Shown here: positions 36,756-50,459 of the stretch, piece after piece
Layout of the letters: each line of letters starts with the position of its first letter
Position numbering within the stretch: position 1 is the first letter of the stretch
NCBI GenBank assembly: GCA_025603075.1
Contig: MU626338.1
Location: 27,271-91,270 of the forward strand
Length of the DNA stretch: 64,000 nt
Direction of reading: 5' to 3'
Source: Neoconidiobolus thromboides FSU 785
Taxonomy: Eukaryota > Fungi > Entomophthoromycota
Notes under the pieces: model-generated
The model's input: the letters and a program-made list of their open reading frames with translations, nothing else
What the model was told of the DNA's origin: nothing
Database searches by the model: none
Made by a program: the position numbers and the translations under genes

Positions 36756-39025
36756 TTACCGCTTAAACGAAATGGTAGCATTAAATTGATCAAAAGAGAA
36801 TAATTGAATGATTGAATCAACATACTGTTTAAAAGAAACTGTATCAACTAATGGGAACAATGTTTCAATCAAGTAATTATCTAGTTTGATAATTACTAAT
36901 TTTAATACATTGATTTTATGATTGTAATAAAATTCATCTAACACTGCCAAATTTGTTTTAATTTTGTCTGTTGATTCTTCAAATATAACTAAACTATTAT
37001 TTTCATAGTTATTGCCACTACTAAACTCACCAGGTAAGTTACTAATGAAGCATATTTAGTCTGTATTATAACAAATAAGTGAATAGTTTTACTTACTTTT
37101 TAATATCAATCTTATCTAACTTTGAAACGACATCATTATAAAAAGCGGTTGCTAATAAATCACTACATCTATCTATTAGCATGTTAAATGAGTTGATCAA
37201 ATCATCAAATAATCCTTTGTTGTTATTTGCTAATCTATCCGGATACATTGTATGCCAAATCTCCAAAAAGAACTAAATATATTTAGTAAACATATTAACA
37301 TATAAAAATAGCCTAATTACAGTTTGAGAGTCCCACTCAGATAATACAGGCAATAGACAATGTATAGAATCTAAAACTGAGCTCATTTTTTTAACTGGAG
37401 TAATAGGAAAATGCACTCGATTTGCTATTGGGCGATATTTGTTCATATTGTAATCAAAATCATTAACCATTTTATTTAAGTGATTATAAAAGGACATCAA
37501 TAACTCAAGTTGAACATTTGAAAAATATCTTAATTTATTACTCATTGGCTTTAAATACAAATACCTTTCTATGATAGCTTCAAATAACGTAATCACCTTA
37601 TCACTTATCACTGTTATTCTACTATTATTTGTAGTATTCATTAATTCAAATGCATCTTTTGATTCTATGAAATGAGTCAATCGTTTTAATACGAACTCTT
37701 TTTCCATACTAATCCATATATTAAACACGCCTTTATCATTTAAATAAATAGCACTGATACTATACCATTGAATATTTTTGTAATCGGTTATTATTTCATC
37801 TTTAATAATATGATCATATTCCAACAGCTGTTTAATAAAATTATTCAAATACTCACTATGAATAATTTCTGCTTTAATAATACTTAGTTTGTATTTTATA
37901 AGTAAATAGACAGCTTTAATAAATAATTGTAAATAATTAAAGTTAGTATCACTCAACAAATGGAACAACTCAACATGTTGCTTTATAATATCAACTAAAT
38001 ATTCTAAAAACCATTCTGGTTTATCTAATCGATTAGTTGCCAATTTGCCCATAAAATGATAGCGAAACTTTTGCGTTATAGGTAACATCATTAGGTCAAA
38101 GGGTAATAAACCTATTACTAACTCATCGATATCATTTATAGGCTTCAATTCATTTGAATATCTACTGTTATTAATATTTATTATTATTATGATTAAAATC
38201 ATTACTTTAATTGTAGCCTTAATAGCTCATTAAAACTTTTATTAAACTTTTTTAATAAAATTTCATTCTCTTTCGAAAGTTGAATTAAATCAACGTCACC
38301 TGGCCACTTCATTTCCTGTAATACCTTGCTAAATTGTCTGTAATAGATACTATTATTTATTTTCTCATAGTAGTTCATAAAAGCTATACCTTATCAAATT
38401 ATTTTGTAAGCTATTTTTAAACACCTCAAACTTAAACTCCAAATAGAACAATAAATTCTTAAATTCATTATTATTTCTCAATCCTTTTATCTTTGCTTCT
38501 AATTTATCCATACTTCCCACATCACAAATATCTGTACTTTCAATTTCCTTTTCAACTTCATCACTAAACAAAAAATCAAGTTAAAAATCAGAAACAAAAT
38601 TATCATTCTTACCATAACATCAAACATTCATACAGATGTTCAAAATAACTTATGCTATTTTTTAAGTTTAATTCATAACTTTCTAAATCCAAAATCTCTT
38701 TCACCCACAAATAACTATCATTAAAAACCTCAGCATCCCTATTCAACTGCGGTATCTCTTCTTTGACCTCTTCGAATTTATGCCTAAACCCTTGGATCTT
38801 AGTTGTGTATTCCTCAAGCGTTACTAAGGTTGTTGTTTTGGTAGTAGACAACTTAAAATTAATTATAGTTTGCTATTGGTTTTTAATATATTAAATTACC
38901 TCACTTTCGATTCTAACCAAGTTTTCTTGTTCTTTGACTACTATATTATCGATATTTTCCAATTCTTCAAAGTTTTTGAGAGCTCCGTTAAGGCTTTCTA
39001 GTAGTTTTAAATCTTGTTCTGTCAT
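36756..39025 (-). CDS. TIP20: RINT1/Tip20-family ER tethering factor (multi-exon)
   Basis: VLQEMKWP, PFDLMMLPITQKFRYHFMGKLATNRLDKPEWF and YFSNVQLELL. Confidence 0.85.
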
Positions 39026-39488
39026 TTTTTAAATTTTAGAACAATTTTTTTAGTATTAAAAAAAAATCAAAATAGCTACATTTTCAAAAAATGAACTAAT
39101 TTTTAATTAAAGTAGTTTTATGTAATAAAACGTCAGCGTTCCTTACTTTATAAAATTGGAGGGGATTAATATTTTAACAGCACAAAGTATTACGTTATAT
39201 AGTTTTTAAATAATATATCATTATCATTCAGCTAATACAGTAATTTATTAAAATTAATGCCTTAAAATAAAATCTAGACCATATAAAATATAAAATATAA
39301 AATATAAAATATAACAAAAGTAATAATAAGTGCATAACAAGGAATCAAAATAAATGTATATTAAATCAAAAAAGCGAAATAATTAAAACAACTAAAATTC
39401 CAAATATTACAAAATCAACAATAATTAAAAGTTTAGATCATATTATTAGTTTTTACAACATCTCAAAAATGCCAAAAATTAAATTCTT

Positions 39489-42400
39489 TTAGTTTTCATC
39501 CCTATTTTGTTTCTTGTGTAAATTAAAGCTAAATCCCGAACGTGCACCCGATGAATAGTTACGTGTTCTTAAAGGTAATGTATTAAATTGATATATATGA
39601 TTCGGGTACCTAGATTTCGAAATGGAATTGAAAGGGGACAAGTCAAAGTTAGTAGGCCTTCTAGGCTGTCGACTTTCTGGATTTAAAATTCGACTTTGAA
39701 TCCCTTTAATGTGTGGTGAATTCTTTATGTTTAATATTATGGGTCGGATCCTATCAATTAGCTATTTTATTTATTAAACTTATCCAATTAAAAACAAATT
39801 GATTTACCATATCTCTTTGATTATTATCGGCAAAATCAAGACAAGTTTGAACCACATAATTTGCATAAGAGTCATCAATAAGCATCTCTAAATCATCTGA
39901 ACACATAATTTCATTAACAAGTTGATGGCGCAACATAGAATCAGCCATCCTTATACATTTTTCTATTACATTTGAACTAAATTTTTGTACAGAAAGGTGG
40001 CGCACATGTCCAAAAAAGTTTTTTATCAATCCCATGGTGTACGCTGGATTAGATAGATCAAGTACATGCTGGACCACATAATTACCATAAGGATCTTGCA
40101 CTAAGGACAGTGCGTTCTGTGTTATTGCAATTACTAGTTGATCTCGTTGATAATCATTGGCTCGATCAAAGCATTTTTGAATAACACAGCACCCATGTTT
40201 ATGTGTTGAAATAGCTATACAATTATTAAATATTGAGTCATATACAAACTATAAAATATTAATGTTATTAACCTAATGTTACAAAAATAAACTGCTTACT
40301 TGATTATTTTTTGAAGATAATTTATTAACACAAACTTGTACCACATGATTACCGTTTAAATCCTACCAAAATTAGTTAAGATTCATCCTATTTTTATTCC
40401 ATGATTGCTTACCTTTATCATGGATACTACATTTCTTTTGAGTGATTCTATGATTATACCGATCTAACTAAAGTTAATGGATGAAATAAAAAACCAGTAT
40501 ATACCTTACCGCTTCATTAGCTTCGCGTTCATCATAGTAAGTCAAATACCCTAAAATCTTCTGGACTACACGAGTACCATGATTATTTAAAGAGATACGA
40601 AAAAGATTTGAAGAGGAAGCTCTTATAAGCTCAGTAAATTGATAAAGATTGGCTACTTCCATCAATTTTTGACATAAATAATTCCCAAATGGATCAACCA
40701 TTAAATCAGGAAAATAACCTTTTACTTGTTCATAAATTAGCTGGATATTCTTTGGATCTCCTTCCTGTAGAATTCGCTGAAGGTATCGACACCCTATCTG
40801 ATCCCGGCTTAGATAATATATCTCATCACTAAGTTCTTCAATTGTTTTACCCTCAAAGTTATATTCTATAAAAGTAATTAATTTACAAAGTAAATATAAT
40901 ATAAAAATAGTTACCAAGGGGCTGATTCAACTTGATTTGAATAATATTCTCAGGTTGAAGTTCAATTTCAGGTTCAATTTCTTTAAAACTCTCTGTAATA
41001 TTTGAACTTCTATAAGTATCTTCTTGAACTTGTTTTTTGTAAAACTCAGTATCCATGATATTAAAGTTTAATTGACCTCTTGGACTTAGGGGTTCTTGAA
41101 CGGGTAAAGCTGTATGAGAATAATGACAAAGGTTACCTCTTGCACAATATCCATATTGAAAGTAACGACATGGTATTGCGTTACGAAATGGTAAAGATGT
41201 GAAATTACGGCGCATAGGGAAATTTAATGAACTTTGATTCGCTGAAGCCATAATTCCTAACTCTATTTTCAAATTTTAGATACTAATTCTATCAAATTTA
41301 GATAAGTAAGTTTACCATTCCTTCGCATGTTTAAGCGATAATTGAATTCGGATTTTTCTAAATTCATTGGACCCAAATTCCCTCTTCCTGCTTGTTGTAA
41401 CCTAAAAGATGAATCATAGCTATCAACTTCTGTTCTTTCAGTCTTAAGTCAATCTTTTAGTATTGTTTTTATAAATATAAATGAATTTTACTAAGTCACT
41501 ATAACGATCAAAGGTAGTCGTTTGTGAAGTAATCAACTCTTCAATTCCTTCTGAAAGGGCAGGATTCATAGTTGCAATAGCTATAGTTAATCCATTAATA
41601 CCATTATTATGAAAAGATCAGTTTAGTACCCTGAGTTTTATTTATTCTTTTATCCATTGAAGTTAAATCCTCAAGGGGTAACTTTTCGCTACTTATACTT
41701 TCTAAACGTATATTAGTAACTGAAATAGTACTTAATTATATGAACCTTACCTCTGTTACTATTTAACTGAATGTTATTTTTTACTTCTTTATCATCTAAG
41801 AAATCAAGATCCTTTAGTAAAGCATCGAGTTCATCAGAGTTGTGACGAGAAACAGGAACAGAGCGAACAGCAGAAAAAAAGTTCAAAGTCTCTGGACTAT
41901 AGCTAGCTACTTTGTTATTGTCATTATTATTAAATCTAGCGGGTGGACGCCTTAATGCCAAATTAAATGAACTGGCTTTAGCATTTTTAATTGAGTCTGA
42001 GTCTTTTTTAGCTTCAATTATTGCACTTTGTGAACGCGAAAATGGGGTAAACAAAAATAAATCGTTATTATTTGGACTCGTTGAACTGCTTTTTTTGCTA
42101 TCTCCTTCTTCAGACATTAAATTAAAAAATAAATTTTGACTACCGTGTAATGAATGATCCTACAAACAGAGTTAAATCAAAGATTATTATAAACTAAAGT
42201 AGACCAATTACCACTGAAAATGGAAAGTAAGTTGATGGATTATACTAGAAATAAGTTAGAAAATAAAATATAGTATACATTTGAAATTTGAAATACCGAA
42301 AATGAAGTTGATCTTTTTAAACTTAAAATTGTTTTTTCCAAATAAGTTGAACTTATATGGGTATTGGTATTATTACTACTTTTAAAGACAAGCTCTGTAC

Positions 42401-42506
42401 TTAATAATGATAAGCTCTTAGTCCTATAGATATCTCTTTCTTCAGAGTTATAGGATGGATAAGCTGGGGGATCAAAAGCTAGAGAAGGAAAAGAAAAAAA
42501 AGACAT
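39489..42506 (-). CDS. Pumilio/PUF RNA-binding protein (Puf4/Mpt5-like) with a CCCH zinc finger (~10 exons)
   Basis: CRYFQYGYCARGNLCHYSH precedes PUF repeats (DQIGCRYLQ, DPFGNYLCQK, NNHGTRVVQK, DLNGNHVVQ, HKHGCCVIQK, DPYGNYVVQH, QKFSSNVIEK, DSYANYVVQT). The 5' exons join in frame from the ATG at 42506. Confidence 0.9.
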
Positions 42507-43965
42507 GATCAGAAAATAATAATAAAAAAAGATAATTGGATTATGAATTGAGCAAGGATAAAAATAAGCAAATAAACTGGTATAATAATTAATAATTGTG
42601 CTATAAAAAGAGAGTTACCTTTTCTACAAGAATTGACAATTGAATTGATAAATTTAGGGGCTTCAACACAGTGAATGAAGATAAAAGATTACGTTGACTT
42701 TTAGCTTAAAACTGAAAATTCAATTAAGCAGCCTTTTTATTTATATGATAAAATTTTAATCAAGCCTAGAGGATTTTTACTTTTGTATTTGAATTTATAA
42801 AAATAATTAACATCCCTTAATTAGCCTCTCTATCTAAAAAAGGGAATAGTTATTATGAATTCAACGTCACTTTTTTTAAATTAAGAATTTAATTTCATTT
42901 TGTGATTTCATGCTAACATTTAATGCTAGCAAATAAGTAAAATTTGAATTAAAATGCAAATGTTAGAAATTGCTATCAAAAGTAAAATAAACTTGAAAAA
43001 AAAAAATAATAATATCAATTTCTGGTATATCAGTTAAATTACCAGATGGTAATTTGATATTTCAATTTAGAATCTATTTTTAATAATTATCAACTACTAA
43101 AATTGGAGTCATTAGCTTGACTTCCCCTTAATGTTAACGAATAGTTTTATCCTACATCAAGATACCATAACTCAAATCAAGAAGGGTAACATAACGTTAT
43201 TAAAAACCGGTTTAATTATTATTAAATCGAGAACAAACTTTATGAATATTCTTTTTTAATACAATATTAAATAAGTAGTCTTAATATTATTAAAAGATAA
43301 AATATATTCAAGTTATTCTTACATTTACAACATATTAATCGTTATTCTATTATATATATCTTTAGAATCATATATATATTTTTAAATATTTTCTTATTTC
43401 TTAGTGATCTTTCTGGTTTATTAAAAGACTATTTAAATGCCATTTGATCATAACTATTCTTTAACATAATAATCTTGTAATATTAATTAAGTGTACCGAA
43501 TCGAGCAATATTAAAAGTAATTAATTAATAATTTAATTGATTAAAAATTAAAATTCAAATATAGAAATTTGGCTATTATTATTGTTAATAATTATCCTTT
43601 TTCTATTTTTCCTGATGATATTAAATTTCCTTAGAGAAATCAGATTGATGTTGCTAAATAGTATTGTTAATTATCTTTATGGTATTTATTGTTGTCATAT
43701 TTATCTAATATGTTTAATAATTATTTAAAGCTTAAATGAAAACCTCAAAGTAAATATTAAACAGATGGTTCTATTAAAGATTTATTAAATAGCTATTTAA
43801 TAAATTAATACAAAAAAGGTATTTAACTGCCTCAACATCATTACTTCAAAATCTCACAAAAGCGGATAACATTTCCTTAAGTTTGATTCACATAAAGTAA
43901 CTATAATATTTTAAATATTTATGAAATGAGATCATTAAATAATGAATAAATTTTATTGTACTATT

Positions 43966-44005
43966 GTAAGTCAATGATTACTAACAACCTTCTATTTATT
44001 TTTAG
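43966..44005 (+). other. Orphan canonical intron-like sequence in an intergenic region
   Basis: GTAAGT...TACTAAC...TTTTTAG over 40 nt, with no open frame across it. Confidence 0.35.
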
Positions 44006-44814
44006 AAATGTTGAATAGATTACATGAATAGATAACAAGCTGATTTATATAAGGGAGGTGAAATGAATAAAATGGGAGATTTACTTGGTGAATTAACTGG
44101 TATATGAACTTTAAAATTCTAGGCTTTAAAATCGGGCTTATTCTCATTAAATTTTTATATTTTAAAGAAGAAAAAATCTTTTATCTTTGATACAACATAC
44201 TTATCTCAAGTTTTTTAACAAATGTTTACTTATATATGTCGAATTAGTACAATCTTAATACTTCAACATATTTACATTTATCAATAAAATATTTTATGTA
44301 TGTAGTTTACTATATAATGCTTTAATAACATTACTCATTCTATTAATTCAAGTAAATTGAATATTAGTTAGATGTTTCAGAAGAGTCATGAATTATTATG
44401 AAATATCATTGACTTTATTTCCTATCAACTATAGCCTACAAATCGATCAGTTATAAATTGTAGCTCTGGGTAATTGTGATAAATCTATAGTCAATATACC
44501 TCATTTAATAGGCTTACATTTGATATGTTTGTCATTAGCTATTTAAACTTTAAATCATTTGAATCTAAGATTAAATATTTAGTAACTTTAAGAAGATTAG
44601 TTATCTAAAATTAATACACCTTATATAGCGTATTTTAATATTTTTAGTTGTTATTCGGATTCTTATCATATGTAGTAAAAGAAACGATCATTTTTTATAA
44701 TAATTAATATGTCGATTTAATTTAACATAGTTCAATAGATATACCACTTTTAAACTGATAGGTCTCAAATTTGTTTAAAGTATTAGCTTTTGACATTATT
44801 AAATAACAGTTTAT

Positions 44815-44945
44815 AACTTATAGTTTCCTAACTTCAATGTTTGTTAAAGAATAGTTTATAGTCTACTAACTTCAGTATTTTTTAAGGAATAGTTTGTAGT
44901 TTACTAACTTCAGTCTCGTTAGAGAATAGTTATAGTTTCCAAATT
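44815..44945. repeat. Degenerate 37-38 bp minisatellite, ~3.5 units
   Basis: Units ATAGTTTRTAGTYTACTAACTTCAGT... start at 44851 and 44889, with partial units near 44815 and at 44926. Confidence 0.7.
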
Positions 44946-45122
44946 TTCATATTAAAATTCAGTCTTTGTTGAATAATTCTATGAATTAAGTTAAAGAGTC
45001 TTAGTAAACAAATAGAAAATTGGTTTCTTTAATCTTATACTAGTTTAAAAATAAGATAAATAAAAATATTGAATTTAATTTTTATCTTCTAAGTAATATT
45101 AAATATTGAAACCTTAATATAG

Positions 45123-45220
45123 AAGGATGCATTTTTGTATTTAAGAATTTTACTAACGATCTTTTCACTTGAATAATGTTTAAAAGATAGAAAAAATGAT
45201 GAGATCAAAAAGATATCCCC
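45123..45220 (+). mobile_element. MITE copy 3 (left end degraded)
   Basis: AAGGATGCATTTTTGTATTTAAGAATTTTACTAAC...AAAAAGATATCCCC|ATAT. Confidence 0.8.
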
Positions 45221-45291
45221 ATATACATAAATCAAAATACAAAAAAGAGAGTTTTAGTTAAATAATCTATAAAGAAAAGTCGGAAAGTTTG

Positions 45292-45422
45292 AAGAATGGA
45301 AATACTAGAAAGGGTATGGAGTGGGATTTTTTTCCAAAATCTATTCTGTGTTGTAAATAGAATATATACAATAGAATTATGTGAAAAATACTCTCCATAC
45401 CCTTTCTAGTATTTCCATTCTT
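45292..45422. repeat. 131-nt foldback with perfect 30-bp inverted arms
   Basis: AAGAATGGAAATACTAGAAAGGGTATGGAG (45292-45321) is the exact reverse complement of 45393-45422. Confidence 0.92.
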
Positions 45423-45429
45423 TAAATAT

Positions 45430-45470
45430 GAGGATGTTTTTTTTGACTTCATCACTTTTTCTATTTTTAC
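45430..45470 (-). mobile_element. MITE copy 4 (partial, one end)
   Basis: ATAT|GAGGATGTTTTTTTTGACTTCATCACTTTTTCTATTTTTA matches the start of copy 1, then decays. Confidence 0.65.
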
Positions 45471-45793
45471 AATCTTTTTTTCAAAATAAAGTCTATTAAA
45501 CTTTAAAAATCCTTAAATTATTTAAATTATTTAATACAAATGATATTGTTTTTATAATTATATTATTCTAATAATCAAATTATATCTTAATAATAAACTA
45601 ACAACTTATGAGAAACAAAAGATAATTTGGTTATTTAAATTAAATAGATTATACTATAAAAAACTATATTTAAACTTATTAAATTGAATATTCATATATA
45701 ATAGTAACATTTGGAAGATATCAAAATAATCAAATTATAATTTTTATTTGAATTATTAAATATTCAAATTCGTTATCAATAATTACTAACTAA

Positions 45794-47624
45794 TTATTTT
45801 CGATGATAATATATTAATCCAGAACCAATCACTAATAACATAGCAATTATACTTTTATCGTTTCTTTTACTTAATTGATAAGAGTCACTTTCTTTATGAA
45901 TATTAATATCTTGTTTAATCTAATAAATTATGAAATATCAATATTAATTTGTATATTTTTTAAATAAAATATTATTAATTCAATTTACCTGACCATACCA
46001 TATAGAAATTGGTATAAACAATGAGTCCGTTGGAACTGACTTTTTAATAATTTGAATTGAATAAGTTTCAAAGATATCTACTACATTATCTAAACTAATA
46101 GATTCCATAATAAGCTAGATAAAAAATTAATTAATATTTTATCAAATTCAAATTATTAATAAACAAATATTACATTAACTGCTTCTCCTTTACGGATTTT
46201 AACATTCTTTTTAAATACATCTGGATTATTATAAACTAATGCAATTGTTGAAATAGCCATGACCTAATAAAATGAATATAAAAAAATTAAGAATTTATTT
46301 TAAACTAAATATCAAAGCTTACTTGTGGAATAGCACAAAAATTAAAACAAGATGGGTTTTTAATTTTAGACATATACTTAATACAGTCTTTAGCATGTTG
46401 TAAGGCATTAAAACAAAGTTCATTAAGGCAATCTACAGCCTAAAAATATAAAAATATAAAATAAATATTATTATTTATAAATTTATAAATAGTTTTACTT
46501 TCGATTGATTTTCTTCTTTTGTAAAATCACCAATATCTTCTACATATTTGTTCCATATTTCCTTTGGCCAAAAGCAACGACCATCGATATAATCTTCAAG
46601 ATAATCACGTATAATATTTACTTTCTGTAAAAATAATCCCATTGAATTAGCCCTATTAAATCAAATTCTATTAATATCAATTTAGAATATTATTATTAAA
46701 ATTAATTACAATTCTAAATCATCAGCAATAGAAGGATCTTTTATATAATAATAATAATAACAATAATTAATAAAATATTGAATTTGTTTTTAACTATAAT
46801 TAATTTACCTTCAAGTCCAGATACAGAAAATAATCGAGTTAAGCCATGACCAACTAAACCAGCTACATAATGACAATAAAGATCCCAATCTTGAATTGAT
46901 TCTACTTTTCTTTGTGCAAAATCAGCCATGCCATTAGCCATTTTCTTAGTAATATCTATAATTACTTGTTGATATCTAATAAAAAGTATAAAAATAAAAA
47001 TAAAAATAAAATAAATATTAATTACTCATTTTTAAGTTTTAAAAATTCCTCAATAACTACATCAAATTCTTGTAATAATATAGCATCTTTTTCGTTAGGG
47101 CCATCTAATTTGATTTTTTAATATTAATTTGTTTTATCAGCTTATAACTTTTAATTTACTTTCATGAAAAGTCCATCCTTTTTGTTGAATACTATTATGA
47201 AATTCTCTTAATAATTCTAATTTTTTTTGTAATGGTATACTCATATCATCCTCTATATAAAAAATAGAATGAAACAAAGTTATTTAACTTTAATAATAAT
47301 CATTAAAATAATAATTACCAATAGTATCTAATCCTCTTAAAATAAGATAAAATAAACAAATCTATATAAAAAATTCCATTATTAATATCCCTAATTAAGT
47401 TGAAACTAATGAATTACTGGAAGTCTTAGTTCTTCGTCTAATTCTAAGATAACAGCAGCAAAAGATCTAGAAGTTAAAAGTAAAAACTCATAACATCTTC
47501 TTTCTGTATTAGATTTAATAAAATCTAATTTTTGAGTAGTAGCATTGGATGAAAATTTAAATTTTAATAAGGAATAGATTTCTCTTGGGTAAAACAAGGA
47601 CTCTTTAATAGCTTTAATGGACAT
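45794..47624 (-). CDS. ERG9: Squalene synthase (~10 exons)
   Basis: [67 protein letters not shown] and a C-terminal TM helix. Confidence 0.95.
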
Positions 47625-48357
47625 TTTGTTTGTTAAATTATTATAAAAGATAAATGAATTTGACTTTTTAAATTAAATTTAAATTATTTGGAATCAAACT
47701 TACTCAATTCTTATTGGTTCTTAATTCCATTTCGGGGGATTTTTCAGTTTAAAAATCTTTCGATTTTTTAATGATTGGGTGGATCTTAATTATAAATAGA
47801 TATTTGTTAAAATTTCAAATATTAATAAATTATTACTATTACACTAATAAAATACTTTATAAAAAGATTTAATTTAATGAGAAATAAAATTAATTTAATT
47901 TGAGTTTCTGTTTTTTTGTAATTAAACATTTATTTTTATTAATTGTTTTGAATTATATTAACTTACTTTTTTTAATAATATTATTATCTTCTATGAGATA
48001 TTGAATTATTTTATAATATTTAATTTTTTACAATTTAATTCATCGTTTCTAAAATATTGAATCTTTTAAAATAAGCTATACAAAATCTACTATTAAGGTG
48101 AATTTTATTGAACTTTATTATAATTTTATTAACTAAAAAAGATATAAAAATAGTAAATTGAACTTTTATTTTGAAATTTCATAGATATAAAAAATAACAC
48201 TAACTTAAAACAAAATATTGATATTAAAAGTTAACAAATTATTTTTTACACAAAATGAAATTAAACTCAAGTATTTAAAAATAATTTTACTTAAATTGAT
48301 TTATTAATGAATTAAAGTTTACTATTATTATTATTTATTCTATTCTATTTATTTACA

Positions 48358-49321
48358 TTAACTGATAGATTGTTTTGTTTGATTCAGTAAAGTTAAGCTG
48401 TTTTCATAATGTTTAAATAATATCTAAAAAATAAATTAATAAAATAAAGTGAAATAAAATAAAACAAATAAAATAATTACTTCCTCACAATTAATATTCT
48501 CTCTTAAAGCCATTAATACTGCTTCTCTACATATACCAATTAATTCAGCATTCGAACAATTTTCACTATTTTTAGCTAATAATTGAATTTCATCTTTATT
48601 TAATTTATTAACAACCTGAATTTTTTGAATTTCATTCATTAATATTTGATATCTTTGATTGAAATCAGGCAAATTAAAATAAATATGATGACCTATACGA
48701 CCTTGTCTCAAAATAGCATTATCAATATTTTTTAAATTATTAGTAAGACCAATAATAATAATTAAATCTTTTAAACTTTGAGAAATAGAATAGACACCAT
48801 CCATTTCAGTTAAAAAAGTAGTTAAGATTCGATGTTGTGAATTTTCAGTAGTATCAACATCATTCATTCTTTTAGGTAATAACATTTCAATTTGTTCAAT
48901 ACATAATAATGTTGGTGCATTGTTTTTTGCTTGTTGGAATAAATTGACTATGTTTTTTTCTGTTTCTCCAACTATTTTAGAGCGTATTTGAGTACCGTCT
49001 AAATTTAAGTAACTTATGTTTAATTTGTTTGCTAAACATTGACATAACATTGATTTTCCAGTACCACTTAAGCCATAAAATAATATTCCTTTAGGTATTT
49101 TATTTTCTATTTGATTGCTCTCTGAATTCATCATTAATTTTAATGGCTCTATTAATATTTCATTTAATTCTTCTTGAATTTTTTCCATACCTTGAATATC
49201 CTCCCATTTATTATCATTATTCTTTTGGACTGTTAAATAACTTAGTTCATTTTTAAAATTAAATGGTAAATAGTTATTTAAAAAATTTTCAAATGATTGT
49301 TTTAATTCAATTATAACTTCT

Positions 49322-49358
<37 letters not shown>

Positions 49359-50196
49359 CGTATACAAATACCTTAAAAATAGTTAATTGATATTCAATTA
49401 ATAATATTAGTTTATAAATAAATTACATTATTTTTATCCATTTCTTCTAACATAACTCGATGAACCATATTTTTTAAATCAGCTGGTGTGAAATTAGATG
49501 TTAATTGAGCAATATTATTACTTAATTCAATAGCATTATTATCTAACCAAGGTTTTAATAATTCCAATAATAATAATTCTCTTTGTCTCAGATTAAGTTG
49601 ATTTAATTTTAATTCAAAATTTAATCTACCACTTATCATCAATTCTTTATCTATTTTATTTAATTCTCCACTTACTTTTAAGAAAGGGAATTGATTTAAT
49701 GTATCATTAATATTAGAATAAATATTTACCTAATAATAATAATTTATTATTTTCTTTTGGTTTTTTTAAATAAAACTTAATTATTGACTTTTCATATTCT
49801 TTTAGATAATGTATATCATCTATTGCTAATAAATTAAAATCTTCTTTTTCTTTTTCCAATAACTTGTTTAAATTATTTCCAAAGTCATTATTGATATTCA
49901 TATCCCAACAATTTTTAGCTTCAAGAAAAGTAGCTTTAAATGGACAATAAGCTAATTCATTCATTAAATTTTATTATTATTTAATTAAAATTGATTGAAT
50001 ATTTAAACTTACCGACTAATTGTTTTAAAAGTGTACTTTTTCCAATTCCATTAGGACCAAAGATAATGATTCCTTGATTATAGTTATTAACTAATACATC
50101 AATTATCATTTGTTTTAATTCAATTTTGGTAGGTTGATCCAAATATTGTATTGAGTTGGCTACTTTCTCTATCCATAACTTTATTTCAACTTCCAT
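48358..50196 (-). CDS. Two-domain (type II) AAA ATPase, Afg2/SPATA5L1/Cdc48-related, divergent; start uncertain
   Basis: D1 has GIIIFGPNGIGKST and LAIDDIH. D2 has KWEDIQGMEKI, PKGILFYGLSGTGKS, SKIVGETEKNI..LF..A, LTEMDGV and ILRQGR. Confidence 0.8.
49324..49358 (-). repeat. (AAT)11 coding microsatellite: poly-Asn between the AAA domains
   Basis: In frame it reads D-N11-EEVIIELK...KWEDIQG. Confidence 0.85.
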
Positions 50197-50459
50197 TATT
50201 AATTGTATATCAACTTATTGAAAATTATTATTAATTTAATGAAATAAAAAGTTAGCAATAGTATTCATATCTTGTCACTTTAATTGATTTTTTTTACTAA
50301 GTTGTATCTTATTTTATTTTGCAAAATCATCAGCATTTGCGAGGGGGAATTGCAAACTTCTATCTTCAATTTATGCATTAAAAAGAAAACTCAATATCTT
50401 CAAAAACTTCAAAATAAAATAAGTTGAGCTTGTTTCTTCTACATAAAAAATCATAAAAA

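Noticed and set aside
39281-39313. (TATAAAA)n, plus (TTAA)n at ~16678-16710 and (AAATT)n at ~59958-59980
   Set aside because: Ordinary AT microsatellites.
10532-44197. Shared 17-mer TTATCTTTGATACAACA at ~10532 and ~44181
   Set aside because: The flanks do not align; it is plausible by chance in AT-rich DNA.
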